From a virus: 64,000 nucleotides of DNA. Positions 18,779 through 28,325 of the stretch are shown here, one piece after another. Positions within the stretch are counted from its first letter, which is position 1; each line of letters opens with the position of its first letter. A model generated the notes under the pieces. That model did not search any database and was not told the origin of the DNA. It saw nothing but the letters and a program-made list of their open reading frames with translations. The DNA lies in the IMG/VR virus record IMGVR_UViG_3300031525_000865; one strand, 5' to 3'. The position numbers were made by a program, and so were the translations under genes.

Positions 18779-19021
18779 ATGGCGAGCACGAGCATCCTGA
18801 GTCGGCTGGAGAAGGTCTCGAAGGATCTGATGGAGATCCGTCAGTCCATGAACGCCCATCCCATCTCGCTGAAGGAAGCGAGCCGGATCGACAACGAGGC
18901 TACGGACATCTGCGCGCAAGGCGCGGCCATCGCGTCGTCGGCTCGTGTGCTGGAGGGGAACAAGTACGCGCTGAAGCTCGTCAAGAGGGTTCGCAAGGCC
19001 CTGGGCTTCACCTACCCCTGA
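18779..19021 (+). CDS. small helical hypothetical protein
   Basis: GAGG SD; 80 aa. Confidence 0.6.
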   Translation: MASTSILSRLEKVSKDLMEIRQSMNAHPISLKEASRIDNEATDICAQGAAIASSARVLEGNKYALKLVKRVRKALGFTYP

Positions 19022-19046
19022 CGTCTCGCACGGTTGGGCAGGCGCG

Positions 19047-19313
19047 ATGCGCGGGCTGACGGATGCCGAGTACGACATACTCGTCTCCTGCTGCGCACCG
19101 CCTCTGACATCAGAGATCCTCGATCACGCAGCCATGACGACCGATGACGACCGGTACGTGTCGGATGGCCTCGTTCGGAGAGGTCTCCTGACGATGGTGC
19201 ATATCGAGAACGTCATGACCGGCCGTTGGCTGATCACATGGGTCGAGTACTACCTCACCACGTCTGCCGGGCGCCTGGTCATGGGCATCCACGAGGCGCT
19301 CAAGGTGGCGTGA
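19047..19313 (+). CDS. hypothetical protein, possibly winged-helix
   Basis: LVRRGLL...YYLTTSAGR pattern. Confidence 0.5.
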   Translation: MRGLTDAEYDILVSCCAPPLTSEILDHAAMTTDDDRYVSDGLVRRGLLTMVHIENVMTGRWLITWVEYYLTTSAGRLVMGIHEALKVA

Positions 19314-19745
19314 CTAGGCCGGGTCCTCGTCGGACTGGTCGGACTCGCACTCGCCGCACGGCGCGTCGTGCAGTCCGTCCGCTGAAGACGTCTGGACGTG
19401 CGGGTGACGTGGACAGCGACGCGGATCGCCGCAGGCGCCCAGCTCGTCGTCGCGCGCCTCTGCGGCCGGGTCGACGTGGGCGTCCCACGAAGTGCGACCA
19501 TCGCCGGTCGACGAGGGATCGTCCAAGCGTCGATCCGTCAGCTCGCTCAGCGTTCGCGCTGCGTGCGCGACCGCGAGAACGCGTACGTTCGGGAGGCGCC
19601 CCTCGGCCGTCTCCTTGTACGCCTGCGCCATGCGCTGCAGGTAGTCGATCTCGGCGACCGCAGAGCCAAGCGCCCTGACCAGCTGGTCGCGCGTGGCGCC
19701 GAGAGGAGCATCGAGCAGCACGCGCTTCACCTCTTCGAGGTTCAC
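19314..19745 (-). CDS. hypothetical protein
   Basis: GTGA-coupled to the upstream gene. Confidence 0.5.
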   Translation of the reverse strand: MNLEEVKRVLLDAPLGATRDQLVRALGSAVAEIDYLQRMAQAYKETAEGRLPNVRVLAVAHAARTLSELTDRRLDDPSSTGDGRTSWDAHVDPAAEARDDELGACGDPRRCPRHPHVQTSSADGLHDAPCGECESDQSDEDPA

Positions 19746-19936
19746 GACGGCTCTCCGTTCAGCGCGCGCCAGGCGTCGTGGATGCGCGTCACGTAGCGCT
19801 CGCGGTCGAGAAAGCCCGTGGACATGACCTCCCCCTTGGAGTTGGCCCACCCCAGCCAGACGCCGGTCGCGTCGTAGACGTCGACCGAGCCGTCGTTCCG
19901 GCGTGTTCCCTGGGTGCTTGCATTGATTTGAACCAT
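19742..19936 (-). CDS. hypothetical protein
   Basis: downstream of a TTGCGC-17-TATAAC promoter. Confidence 0.6.
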   Translation of the reverse strand: MVQINASTQGTRRNDGSVDVYDATGVWLGWANSKGEVMSTGFLDRERYVTRIHDAWRALNGEPS

Positions 19937-19955
19937 GGCGTCACCGATGGTGAGT

Positions 19956-19984
19956 GTTATACCGCAGGTCATACAGCCGCGCAA
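19956..19984 (-). promoter_or_regulatory. TTGCGC-17-TATAAC promoter with GTATGAC-N5-GTATAAC box
   Basis: -35 at 19984-19979, -10 at 19961-19956. Confidence 0.8.
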
Positions 19985-19991
19985 GTGCGCG

Positions 19992-20294
19992 CTACGCTTC
20001 CGGTCCTGAGGCGTCGTTCGTGCCGAAGTAGAAGTTCTCCCGAGTCATGCCGTGGAACCGCTCGTAGTGGCTCGCCCACGACTCCACATCTTCGTGGGTC
20101 ATCGTGCACTGCCCGCGGCAGCCGCCCCAGGCGTACGCCGGGCATCCACGCCCGAACGTGTGTTCGTGGCAGCAGCAGCGGCAGCCCGCGATCTCGTCGA
20201 GCGTGTCGACGTCGCCGGCCCACATGGCCTCTGCGATCGCCCGCGCGAGCGTGGGGCCGTAGAACTCGGGGTCCGGCATCCAGGCGGCGTTCAT
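19992..20294 (-). CDS. Cys/His-rich hypothetical protein
   Basis: GCRCCCHEH...CP...GCRG. Confidence 0.6.
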   Translation of the reverse strand: MNAAWMPDPEFYGPTLARAIAEAMWAGDVDTLDEIAGCRCCCHEHTFGRGCPAYAWGGCRGQCTMTHEDVESWASHYERFHGMTRENFYFGTNDASGPEA

Positions 20295-20440
20295 GCGGAG
20301 GGCTATCGCAAGACGGTGGCCAACGGGCGGGCGCAGTGATCTTGCGAGCTTGCGGCAAGGCCACGGAGAAGATTCCTTCTGGTAGGAGAAGGCCTCTTCC
20401 GGTCGTTGACTCGGTCGGCAGCGCGTGACAGTCCTGAGAG

Positions 20441-20872
20441 ATGGACGAAGCGGAGAGAGACGCGCTCCGGGCGCGTGTCGAGGCGGAGCCGGCGGATGCC
20501 CGTGGAGAGCTGGCGCGCACGCTGATGGTGGAGGTCGACAGGCTCTGCAAGCAGAAGGATGCGCGTGATCGCGCGTCGTTCATCGAGTCGTTGATGGTAG
20601 GCGAGCATCTCTCGCGCGAGGACGCGGAGCGCTACGTCGACATGGGGGGCAAACCGCTGCCTCAGATGGAGATGGGCCCGTGTCGAGCGTGCCGTGGCCA
20701 TGGCAGCGAGCACGAAACCGGTTGCCTGGGCGGGCGATGGGAGAAGTGCAGTTCATGCCAAGGACGCGGCGTCCGCATGCGTCTCCGGTTGCCGTGGGCT
20801 CCTCACGGTGAAGCCATCGAGATCGGGCTGCCGATCTCCCGAAGCGCGGCTACACTCGTTCGCCATGAGTGA
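20441..20872 (+). CDS. hypothetical protein with CxxCxGxG Zn-finger repeats
   Basis: CRACRGHG...CSSCQGRG. Confidence 0.6.
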   Translation: MDEAERDALRARVEAEPADARGELARTLMVEVDRLCKQKDARDRASFIESLMVGEHLSREDAERYVDMGGKPLPQMEMGPCRACRGHGSEHETGCLGGRWEKCSSCQGRGVRMRLRLPWAPHGEAIEIGLPISRSAATLVRHE

Positions 20873-21056
20873 GGCCAAGAAGACCTACGTGTGCGGCGTC
20901 TGCGAGCAGGAGCGCGAGGGATCGCCCACGGGCGGCGCGAGTACGCGCATGGGCGTGATCGTCACGTGTTCGGGCGAGTGCTGGACGAAGGCGATGCAGC
21001 GCGACGACATCGTTCCGCTGGCCGAGATGGCCGCGAACGTCGCGAAGATGTCCTGA
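20865..21056 (+). CDS. small Zn-finger protein
   Basis: CGVC...CSGEC; TACACT 8 nt before the ATG. Confidence 0.55.
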   Translation: MSEAKKTYVCGVCEQEREGSPTGGASTRMGVIVTCSGECWTKAMQRDDIVPLAEMAANVAKMS

Positions 21057-21057
21057 G

Positions 21058-21912
21058 CTACCGCCGTCCGGACATCGCCATGACCGCAACCGCTCCGGTC
21101 AACAGCACCAGAACGGCGGTCGTGCGATTCTCCCGTACCCACCGACCGAGCTTCGCAGCGGGCTGGCTTCCATCGTCACCGGCGATCCAGCCATAGCCGG
21201 CTACGGCGGCGGCAGGTCCGCTGGCGGCCGCGACGGCGTCGGGTCCGACGACCGCCTGCAGCGCCTTCGCCGTCTGGCTTCCGTAGATGCCGTCGACTTT
21301 GAGGTGCCCGTAGGCCTGCTGAAAGCTGTAGGTCGGCCGCCACATCGCGGTGGCCTGTCCGCGGGCGGCCGTCCACACGACGGGCTGCCCTGACGCCGAC
21401 GTCGCACGGATGGCTGCGAGAAGCGCCTGCGCGGCGGCCTGGACGGACGACGTGGCGGCGGAATACACGGGTTGCGGAGGGGGCGCCTGCCTCGCGGCAA
21501 GGGTGGCCTGCGTGGCCTGCAGCACGGTCTGGCGCGCAGCGAGGATGGCTTGCTTGTACGTGTTGAGCATGCGCCAGGCGAGGCCGCGCGCGTTGACGGC
21601 GTCCGAGAAGCCGGGGCCCACGGGTCCCCAGGTGCTGATGTCCGTGTGCAGGCGGCCGTTCAGATCCCACGCCGCGTGCGTCAGGGGCTTCGTGGTCGCG
21701 ACGCCCGCGGCGTCGATGGCGGGACCGACGTTGCTGACGCCGTACTGCCCGGCCTTCTGGTACGCCGCGACCTCGTCCGTGTAGGAGATCTTCCCGAAGG
21801 CCACGTTCGGATCGGTGGCGCTGAGCATCCCTTCCATCGCGTTGGCCTTGGCGTTGGCGACGTCGAGCGACTGCGTATCGACGGCTTGTCCCGTGGCGTA
21901 GTACGCGTTCAT
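21058..21912 (-). CDS. protein with a peptidoglycan-binding-like domain and a C-terminal membrane anchor
   Basis: FQQAYGHLKVDGIYGSQTAKALQ (PG_binding_1-like); C-terminal hydrophobic helix. Confidence 0.65.
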   Translation of the reverse strand: MNAYYATGQAVDTQSLDVANAKANAMEGMLSATDPNVAFGKISYTDEVAAYQKAGQYGVSNVGPAIDAAGVATTKPLTHAAWDLNGRLHTDISTWGPVGPGFSDAVNARGLAWRMLNTYKQAILAARQTVLQATQATLAARQAPPPQPVYSAATSSVQAAAQALLAAIRATSASGQPVVWTAARGQATAMWRPTYSFQQAYGHLKVDGIYGSQTAKALQAVVGPDAVAAASGPAAAVAGYGWIAGDDGSQPAAKLGRWVRENRTTAVLVLLTGAVAVMAMSGRR

Positions 21913-21929
21913 CCGATCTCCGGCGCGGA

Positions 21930-23240
21930 AACCCCGTCCTTCAGGGCGGGGAGGAAGCGCCGTCTCCGCGTTGCGCCTCCACGTAGCGTTTGACGAGCGG
22001 TGCTAAGCTTCGATCCGTGAATATCCGCAAGGGGTTTCGCTACCGCGTGTACCCGAGCGCTTCTCAGATTGCGCGCACCGGACAGTGGGAAGGCGCGCTT
22101 CGGTTTCTCTGGAACCTCGCGCTGGAGCAGAAGCGCATGGGGCTCGCCCGTCCGCGAGGCGAGAAGGTCTACCCGTCGGCGTTCGACCAGATCAAGGAGC
22201 TGACGGAGCTGCGCGCGGCCTTGCCATGGCTGGCCGACGTCCCTCGCAACGTCTGCGCCCAGCTTCTGGTCGAACTCGACAAGTCGTGGCAGCGCTGCTT
22301 CAAGAAGCTCGCCCGTGTGCCACGCTGGAAGCGCAAAGGCCGCGACTCGCTCTCCTTCAGCGAGCCGCACCCCAAGGCGTGGCGCCTCGACGGCTCCACG
22401 CTGCGCTTTCCCAAGCTGGGCAACCTGCGAACGGTCGTGCACAGGCCACTCGAAGGCAAGCCGAAGAGCTGCACGCTCCGCCAGGAAGCCGGCCAGTGGT
22501 TTGCGTCGATCGTATGCGATGTCGAGATGGCCGACCCCGTGCCTCGTGCCGGACCCGTCGTCGCGATCGACCGCGGCGTGGTCAACGTCGTCGGCGACTC
22601 GGACGGTCGTCTGGTCCCGTCGCCACGTTTCTACAAGGAGGCCATGTCGCGCCTCGCCCGTGCTCAACGCAGCGTCTCCCGCAAGAAGAAAGGGTCCAAG
22701 AACCGAGAAAAGGCCAAGGCTCGCGTCGCCGTGCTGCATCGCAAGATCGGCCGAAGGCGCGACCACTTCCTGCATGGTCTCTCGAACGACTACGCCAAGA
22801 GCCACGGCGTCGTCGTCCTGGAGAAGCTCACGATCGGCAACATGGTCCAGGCGAGCCGCGGTCTTGCCCGAGGCATCCTCGATGCGGGGTGGGGCCAGAT
22901 GGCCTGGATGCTCGACTACAAGCTCACGTGGAAAGGCGGCAGGGTCGAGTACGAGTCGGCCGCCTTCTCCTCGCAGACGTGCAGCGAGTGCGGACACGTC
23001 GACGCGAAGAGTCGCGTCTCGCAGTCCGTCTTTCGCTGCACCGCTTGTGGTCACACCGAACATGCCGACACCAATGCACCCAAGGTGCTCAAGAAGCGTT
23101 ACGAATCCCGTGCGAGTCGCTCGGGCAAGCCTGTGGACGGGACCGCGCCTGAGGCGGCCGGAAGAAGCAGGAAACGAGTTGGTCTACGTGTTCCACGTCG
23201 TCCTCTCGAAAGCTCCGGCCTTTAGGCCGGGGTTGATTAC
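21930..23240 (+). mobile_element. IS200/IS605-family non-autonomous (tnpB-only, IS1341-like) element; ends approximate
   Basis: matching subterminal hairpins CCCCGTCC-TTCA-GGGCGGGG (21932-21951) and CTCCGGCC-TTTA-GGCCGGGG (23213-23232) flank tnpB; no tnpA in the window. Confidence 0.8.
22017..23225 (+). CDS. tnpB: RNA-guided endonuclease TnpB
   Basis: FRYRVYP HTH, VAIDRG (RuvC-I D), VLEKL (E), CSECG..CTACG Zn ribbon, HADTNA (D); GTG 7 nt after TGcTAAGCT. Confidence 0.93.
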   Translation: MNIRKGFRYRVYPSASQIARTGQWEGALRFLWNLALEQKRMGLARPRGEKVYPSAFDQIKELTELRAALPWLADVPRNVCAQLLVELDKSWQRCFKKLARVPRWKRKGRDSLSFSEPHPKAWRLDGSTLRFPKLGNLRTVVHRPLEGKPKSCTLRQEAGQWFASIVCDVEMADPVPRAGPVVAIDRGVVNVVGDSDGRLVPSPRFYKEAMSRLARAQRSVSRKKKGSKNREKAKARVAVLHRKIGRRRDHFLHGLSNDYAKSHGVVVLEKLTIGNMVQASRGLARGILDAGWGQMAWMLDYKLTWKGGRVEYESAAFSSQTCSECGHVDAKSRVSQSVFRCTACGHTEHADTNAPKVLKKRYESRASRSGKPVDGTAPEAAGRSRKRVGLRVPRRPLESSGL

Positions 23241-23312
23241 GTGTGGGCTCGCCTTCGAGGCTATCACAGAACGGCCCAAGCGGATCCGACTCGGATGGCA
23301 AGCGCCATGATC

Positions 23313-23936
23313 TCATGTGCTTTTCGGCTTCGGCCGGACCCAATAATCGAGCCTTCCGCGGTCCTCGCCCACCCGCAGCTCCGAGAGAGACATGGGCACG
23401 ACGATCGCGCCGCGTGAATGGGAGATGGTGCGCGCGTACGCTTCGGCGGCTTCCCGGCCTTGGAAGACGGTGCGAGTCGCCAGCATGTAGTCGCCGTCCG
23501 AGCCGTCGTGCTTCCTGTCGTCGCGGCAGACGACGACGTGGGCTTCGTAGGAGTGGCGCTTCTCGGGCGGGATTGGGTGCGCGGTGACGCTGATCTCGAC
23601 CGTACCGCCGTTGACGAGCCGCATCTGCCCCTCTTCGAGCTTCTTCAGGCACCGGGTGACGAGAGCGTCGCGCGCTTCGTAGTGCTCGTTGGGGTTGGCC
23701 GGGAAGTGGCGCCGGACGCGCTCGCCGTAGTGCGAGTCGATTGCTCGGTTCAGGTCGCTCCGCGCAGCATCGAACACGGCCTGATGCATCTGCTCGGTCG
23801 TGAAGTCATGTCGGCCGTCGGAGTACTCGTTGCGACGCCAGTCGGCGATGCGCTCGATCTCGGACTCCGGCACGGGGAAGTCGTCAGGCACTTCGACCTC
23901 GACGGGCACCGTGTAGCGGAGGAGGAGAGTCTTCAT
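23313..23936 (-). CDS. hypothetical protein
   Basis: 207-aa ORF with GC3 bias. Confidence 0.65.
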   Translation of the reverse strand: MKTLLLRYTVPVEVEVPDDFPVPESEIERIADWRRNEYSDGRHDFTTEQMHQAVFDAARSDLNRAIDSHYGERVRRHFPANPNEHYEARDALVTRCLKKLEEGQMRLVNGGTVEISVTAHPIPPEKRHSYEAHVVVCRDDRKHDGSDGDYMLATRTVFQGREAAEAYARTISHSRGAIVVPMSLSELRVGEDRGRLDYWVRPKPKST

Positions 23937-24070
23937 GGTTGCCCCCCCATCGCAAGACGGCGGCCAGGGCCACGGCGGACGCAGAAACCGCTAGTTACGC
24001 GTGCTTTGTGCTCTTTGGACCAGAAGAAACCTTACGGTGGCGGAAGGATTCTTGTGGTCCACGAACCTGC

Positions 24071-24099
24071 TTGCGCACGTGTTAGACCGGGCGTATAAC
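24071..24099 (+). promoter_or_regulatory. TTGCGC-17-TATAAC promoter with GTTAGAC-N5-GTATAAC box
   Basis: read directly; lies in a divergent intergenic region. Confidence 0.8.
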
Positions 24100-24179
24100 A
24101 ACAGCGTACGCCCGCGCCTAGCAGGAGACGCCAAGTCGTCGCTGCGCGCGCGTCAACCGAAGCCGAAGGGAGTCTCCAC

Positions 24180-24413
24180 ATGAACACGAACGAGAGCCAG
24201 AACTCACACGCGCCCCGCGATCCGCGCGAGGATGCACCGGTCATCGGCATGGACCTGTCTCGCCCGACCAAGAAGATCGAGCGCGATCTCATCGCTCGCT
24301 TTCACCCGCGTTCCTTCTGGTGGGAGCTGGAGACGGACGAGAAGTCCGGATGGGTCTACACGCCGTCGAGCCACATCCTGGCGAAACTCGTTCACGTGGC
24401 CAAGGGGGCGTAG
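24180..24413 (+). CDS. hypothetical protein
   Basis: GGGAG SD; first gene of an operon. Confidence 0.6.
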   Translation: MNTNESQNSHAPRDPREDAPVIGMDLSRPTKKIERDLIARFHPRSFWWELETDEKSGWVYTPSSHILAKLVHVAKGA

Positions 24414-25109
24414 ATGAGCGGCCGCTCGGGCAGCGCGGTCGCCGCGCACACGAAGCTCGTCCACCACGACGGGACCAATTTCGCTGTATCGCCCGCGCAG
24501 TACCGCCTGCTGCAGCGGGCCGGCAGAGCAGGCGGCGGATGCTACGTGCAAGGCTCGCAGGAGCGTTCCGCGGCGAAGCTCGTCAACCTGAAGCTGGGTA
24601 CGACGGAAGCCGAGTGCGGCCCGAATGTCGAGCGCGTGTTCTTCATGCTGGCGGACGGTGTGCTTGGGTTTCGGCGCCATGTGAAGGTCGAAGAGCCGAG
24701 CGCCATGGCGCCCAAAGAGAAGGTGCCTGTTGCCGTGGAACGCGCCGAGCTTCGTGCGCTGTTGGCGCACGACAAGACGGGCGAATGGTCCGACGACGCG
24801 GGAGACGAATCGATCGGTTCGGTCGTGGCGGTGACCGGGCACGCCGCGATCGCGCAGGTCATGCAGCGGGGGCCGGTGCGCCGGGCCGAGGATCTCATCG
24901 AGCGCAAGCGGCTGACGCGCCAGATCGCAATGCTGCATAACTTGACGCCGGGCATCCTGTCGGAGCTGGATGGCCTGCGGGATGTCCTGACTGAGACGCG
25001 CAAGCTCCTGGCGAGCATTCTGGTGACGTTGGCGGCTGGTCCCGCTCGGGAGCACCGACGCGTGAAGCAGACGATCGACCTCATCGACTACGCGCTCCGC
25101 GATAGGTGA
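24414..25109 (+). CDS. hypothetical protein
   Basis: 231 aa, directly adjacent to the upstream stop. Confidence 0.65.
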   Translation: MSGRSGSAVAAHTKLVHHDGTNFAVSPAQYRLLQRAGRAGGGCYVQGSQERSAAKLVNLKLGTTEAECGPNVERVFFMLADGVLGFRRHVKVEEPSAMAPKEKVPVAVERAELRALLAHDKTGEWSDDAGDESIGSVVAVTGHAAIAQVMQRGPVRRAEDLIERKRLTRQIAMLHNLTPGILSELDGLRDVLTETRKLLASILVTLAAGPAREHRRVKQTIDLIDYALRDR

Positions 25110-25112
25110 CCC

Positions 25113-25373
25113 ATGTTTCGATTCGTAGATCTGACGGACTTCTACTGGGTGATGACGCGCGCGGAAGACGACGAGATCCGAGCGCGCACGGGCGGCGAGC
25201 CCACAGTCTCACCGGTCTGCGCGTTCGTGGACACCGGGACCGACAAGTTCATTGCGGACGCCCAGGGGCAGCACGTGTGCTTCGACGCCGACGATGTGCG
25301 CGCTCTCGACGGGCGGGACATCGGTCGATGCGCGGATCTCGTTCCCACGGGGTTCTGGGAGCGCAAAGGGTGA
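25113..25373 (+). CDS. hypothetical protein
   Basis: 86-aa ORF in the operon. Confidence 0.55.
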   Translation: MFRFVDLTDFYWVMTRAEDDEIRARTGGEPTVSPVCAFVDTGTDKFIADAQGQHVCFDADDVRALDGRDIGRCADLVPTGFWERKG

Positions 25374-27400
25374 CCATCAACGATCTCGTCAACGCGGCGC
25401 TCGTCCGGTGGATTGCGCTGACGGGCCTGGTCGATGAGGGCGGCAGGACCAAGGTGGCGCCGAACTGCCCGTGGGAACCATGGACGGTCCGGTCGTACGC
25501 CGAGACGCTGAACGAGAGCCGGACGCTCGACAAGACCGGGCTGACGACCTTCATGCTCGTGCGCGGTCTCACCGAGGCGTACCTCAAGGACATCAAGGTG
25601 AGCGCGCACGATCTCATCCTCGATCCGGCGGCCATCGAGGCGCAGCTGGGGCCCATGCGCGCCCTGCGGGATGCTCTGGAGGAGCCGGAGGTCGTCCAGA
25701 TGATCGCGGACTTCCAGAAACAGCTTCGCGACGGGGCGGTGCACTACGGCGTCGAGCCGGGCGAGCCCATGGCCAAGCTGGAGGAACTTGTGGCATCGCG
25801 GTACGCGCTGGCGCGCGTGAGGCGTGACGCGCTCATCAGCATGGAGCGGCTCCAGGCGCATCAGTTCACGCAAGGGGTGAAGGAGGAGAAGCCGCCCAAG
25901 TACAGCCCGGATGTCTTCGAGTTCTGGAACATCAACTCGATGCTGTCGGCGATGCGCAGCCAGAAGAGCGGCGGGATCTCCTTGTGTCTCATACGGGATC
26001 CGGAGCAACCGCTCCGGTCGTACTTCGCGTTTGCAATCCGCAACGGTGGGACGCTCACGGTGCTGACGGACAAGAGCGACGAGCCTCATCCGGCGTTCAA
26101 GCGCATGACTCGTCGTCCCGATCGCGCACTCGAAACCCGCGCGTCGCAGCACTGGTTCCCCTACCAGCTGCTCGATCTGACGACGCTGGGCAAGGGAGCG
26201 GAGGAGCGCGTCGTGGCCGCGAGACGCACGCAGCTGGTTCCGATGAACGTCGAGGCGGTGCCGCTGTCGAGGCTGTCGGCGCTGGAGCCCGAGCAGTTCG
26301 TGTGGCTCATGCTGGTGTTCGACATGATCCGGGAGCGGTTCTGGGCCGAGGACAAGAGGCTGCCGGAGATCTCGTACACGGGCCAGATGATCGCCGAGCC
26401 GCAGGCGCTGGTGGGCGCGTCGGGGGCGCTGGTGAAGGACGGCCTCTACAAACCGCTGGAGTTGCCTTCGTTGAAGGCGGCCGATCTGACCGACAAGGTG
26501 TTGCGCTCGCAGTGGGGCCGGACGCCGACGCATTTCAACCGGTGGTTGGTCGAGAGGTACAAGGACCAGGTGCCGGAGGAGGCTCTGAACCCGGTAGGCG
26601 AGTCGGCGAAGGCTCTGCTGACGGCCCGGAGCCAGGAGCCAGGCTTTCTGCCGACGGTCGTGCGGACCAAGCGGACGCTGATGAAGCGTTGGGAAGAACG
26701 CCAGCAGCCGCGGTTCGAGACGATGGATGCGACGGCGTTCGGTACGAAGAAGGAGCTGGTACGCGACCGTCTCTGGGTAGGGCGCATGAACCAGTGCGCC
26801 ATCGTCCAACAGCTTGCCGACGCAGAGTTCGAGAAGGATAAGGACAGCGTTTGCGCGTGGTACACGGCCGCGATCCGCAAGAACAAGAAAGCGATCTTCG
26901 ATGCGTGCGCGCGGGGCGAATGGATGATGCCCCGGTGGCTGCCCAGCCAGTTCGCGATGCCGGGTCGATCGAAGAGCGTCATCGCGACGAAAAACGTCGT
27001 CGACCAGTGGATGTCAAAGCGTGGCTACTCGGCACGGACGACGTTTCGTTTCGGGGAGACGAGAACGTCGCCTCGTTACTGGGTGGCGTGCGCGGAGAAG
27101 CCCAATCTCAAGGCGTCGATCATCACGTCCATCGACGTGACCTGCCCTCAGGCTCTGGCGGTCGTGTGCGGTGTCGATGTCGAGGAGCTTCCGTGGCCGC
27201 TCCAGAACTGGTTTGACGAGGAGCCGTACGTCGGCAACTCGATTCTCGATCGCATCGAGCCCTCGGACTGGAAGATCAAGAACCCGTGGCGCGAGATCGA
27301 CTTCTCGGTCGTTGTGGCGCAGAGCAAGACGGCCTACCACGCGCGCCGGCAGGCCCTTGGGCTTGCCCGTCAGGATGTGTCGAAGCTGCGAGCCAAGTAG
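25370..27400 (+). CDS. large hypothetical protein (676 aa)
   Basis: GTG 25370 overlaps the upstream stop; strong codon bias; no motif recognised. Confidence 0.75.
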   Translation: MTINDLVNAALVRWIALTGLVDEGGRTKVAPNCPWEPWTVRSYAETLNESRTLDKTGLTTFMLVRGLTEAYLKDIKVSAHDLILDPAAIEAQLGPMRALRDALEEPEVVQMIADFQKQLRDGAVHYGVEPGEPMAKLEELVASRYALARVRRDALISMERLQAHQFTQGVKEEKPPKYSPDVFEFWNINSMLSAMRSQKSGGISLCLIRDPEQPLRSYFAFAIRNGGTLTVLTDKSDEPHPAFKRMTRRPDRALETRASQHWFPYQLLDLTTLGKGAEERVVAARRTQLVPMNVEAVPLSRLSALEPEQFVWLMLVFDMIRERFWAEDKRLPEISYTGQMIAEPQALVGASGALVKDGLYKPLELPSLKAADLTDKVLRSQWGRTPTHFNRWLVERYKDQVPEEALNPVGESAKALLTARSQEPGFLPTVVRTKRTLMKRWEERQQPRFETMDATAFGTKKELVRDRLWVGRMNQCAIVQQLADAEFEKDKDSVCAWYTAAIRKNKKAIFDACARGEWMMPRWLPSQFAMPGRSKSVIATKNVVDQWMSKRGYSARTTFRFGETRTSPRYWVACAEKPNLKASIITSIDVTCPQALAVVCGVDVEELPWPLQNWFDEEPYVGNSILDRIEPSDWKIKNPWREIDFSVVVAQSKTAYHARRQALGLARQDVSKLRAK

Positions 27401-27415
27401 CGCTAGACGCGCCCA

Positions 27416-27646
27416 TCACGCCGAACGTCGCGTCATGACGTCCGAATCGCGCGACGCGCGCACCATGCTCTTGTCCAGCGTCAATACAGCCCTGGTCTTG
27501 CCTGTCGGGGCAATGAACTCGACTTCGAACGCGGCACCGCCACCGTAGACCTCGACGATGGCACCGAAGTCACCGGCGCGCAGTCGGTGAGAGGGCACAT
27601 CTTTCGTCAGCACTACAACCTGATGAAGTCTCATGGTCGTGTTCAT
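27416..27646 (-). CDS. DUF4926-like protein
   Basis: VVVLTKDVP..LRAGDFGAIVEVY...FEVEF....TRAVLTL. Confidence 0.75.
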   Translation of the reverse strand: MNTTMRLHQVVVLTKDVPSHRLRAGDFGAIVEVYGGGAAFEVEFIAPTGKTRAVLTLDKSMVRASRDSDVMTRRSA

Positions 27647-27756
27647 CAGTCGCTGCTCGCCGTGGCGGACTAGCCATAGTGACATGACGTGAAGTGTCCG
27701 GCCATGGCACGGCGTCGCGTGGGCCAGGCCCTCATCCGGCGGGAGCTGTCGAGCCC

Positions 27757-28284
27757 CTAGCCGCCGCCGTGGACCTGCGCGCGCGCCGTTTCTGTCGCGA
27801 TCGTGTAAGCGTTGTTCCACGCCTTCACCAGGTCCCGCGGCCAGTCGGCGAACCGGTGGCCGTACTGGGCGTAAATGTCCTCCATCCGTTTCGGCCCGAA
27901 ACCTTCACGGGCCATGACGGACCTCTCGATCTGGGCCCATCGCGCGCTGCGTTTGCGTTGCGCCTTGACCCCGGCCCGCGCGGCCGCGGCGTCCTCTGCC
28001 GGGACGATGTGCACGCCCGCGGTCGCGAAGTCCCCGAACGGTGTGTGGAATAGAAGCTCGCCGTTTCGCTTGAACTCGGCCTCCAGCTCGTCGCTCGTTT
28101 GCCAGAGATCGTAGAGCGCGCGGTGCATTTTCTCCGCGTTCTCGATCCTGCTGGTGACCTCCGGCCACTCGGTCTCCGGGTACGGGATGTGGAGGTACAG
28201 GTGAAGAGGTCCGCTCTTCAAGCCGGTGATGACCCACTCGCGGTCGTGGTGGACGACGTCCAGTTTTTTGCCACGCGTTCGCAT
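27757..28284 (-). CDS. hypothetical protein, leaderless
   Basis: TAAACT 7 nt before ATG 28284. Confidence 0.65.
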   Translation of the reverse strand: MRTRGKKLDVVHHDREWVITGLKSGPLHLYLHIPYPETEWPEVTSRIENAEKMHRALYDLWQTSDELEAEFKRNGELLFHTPFGDFATAGVHIVPAEDAAAARAGVKAQRKRSARWAQIERSVMAREGFGPKRMEDIYAQYGHRFADWPRDLVKAWNNAYTIATETARAQVHGGG

Positions 28285-28325
28285 GGCGTTCAGTTTACTA
28301 CGGCCACAGGCTCGCAGTCCAAGAG

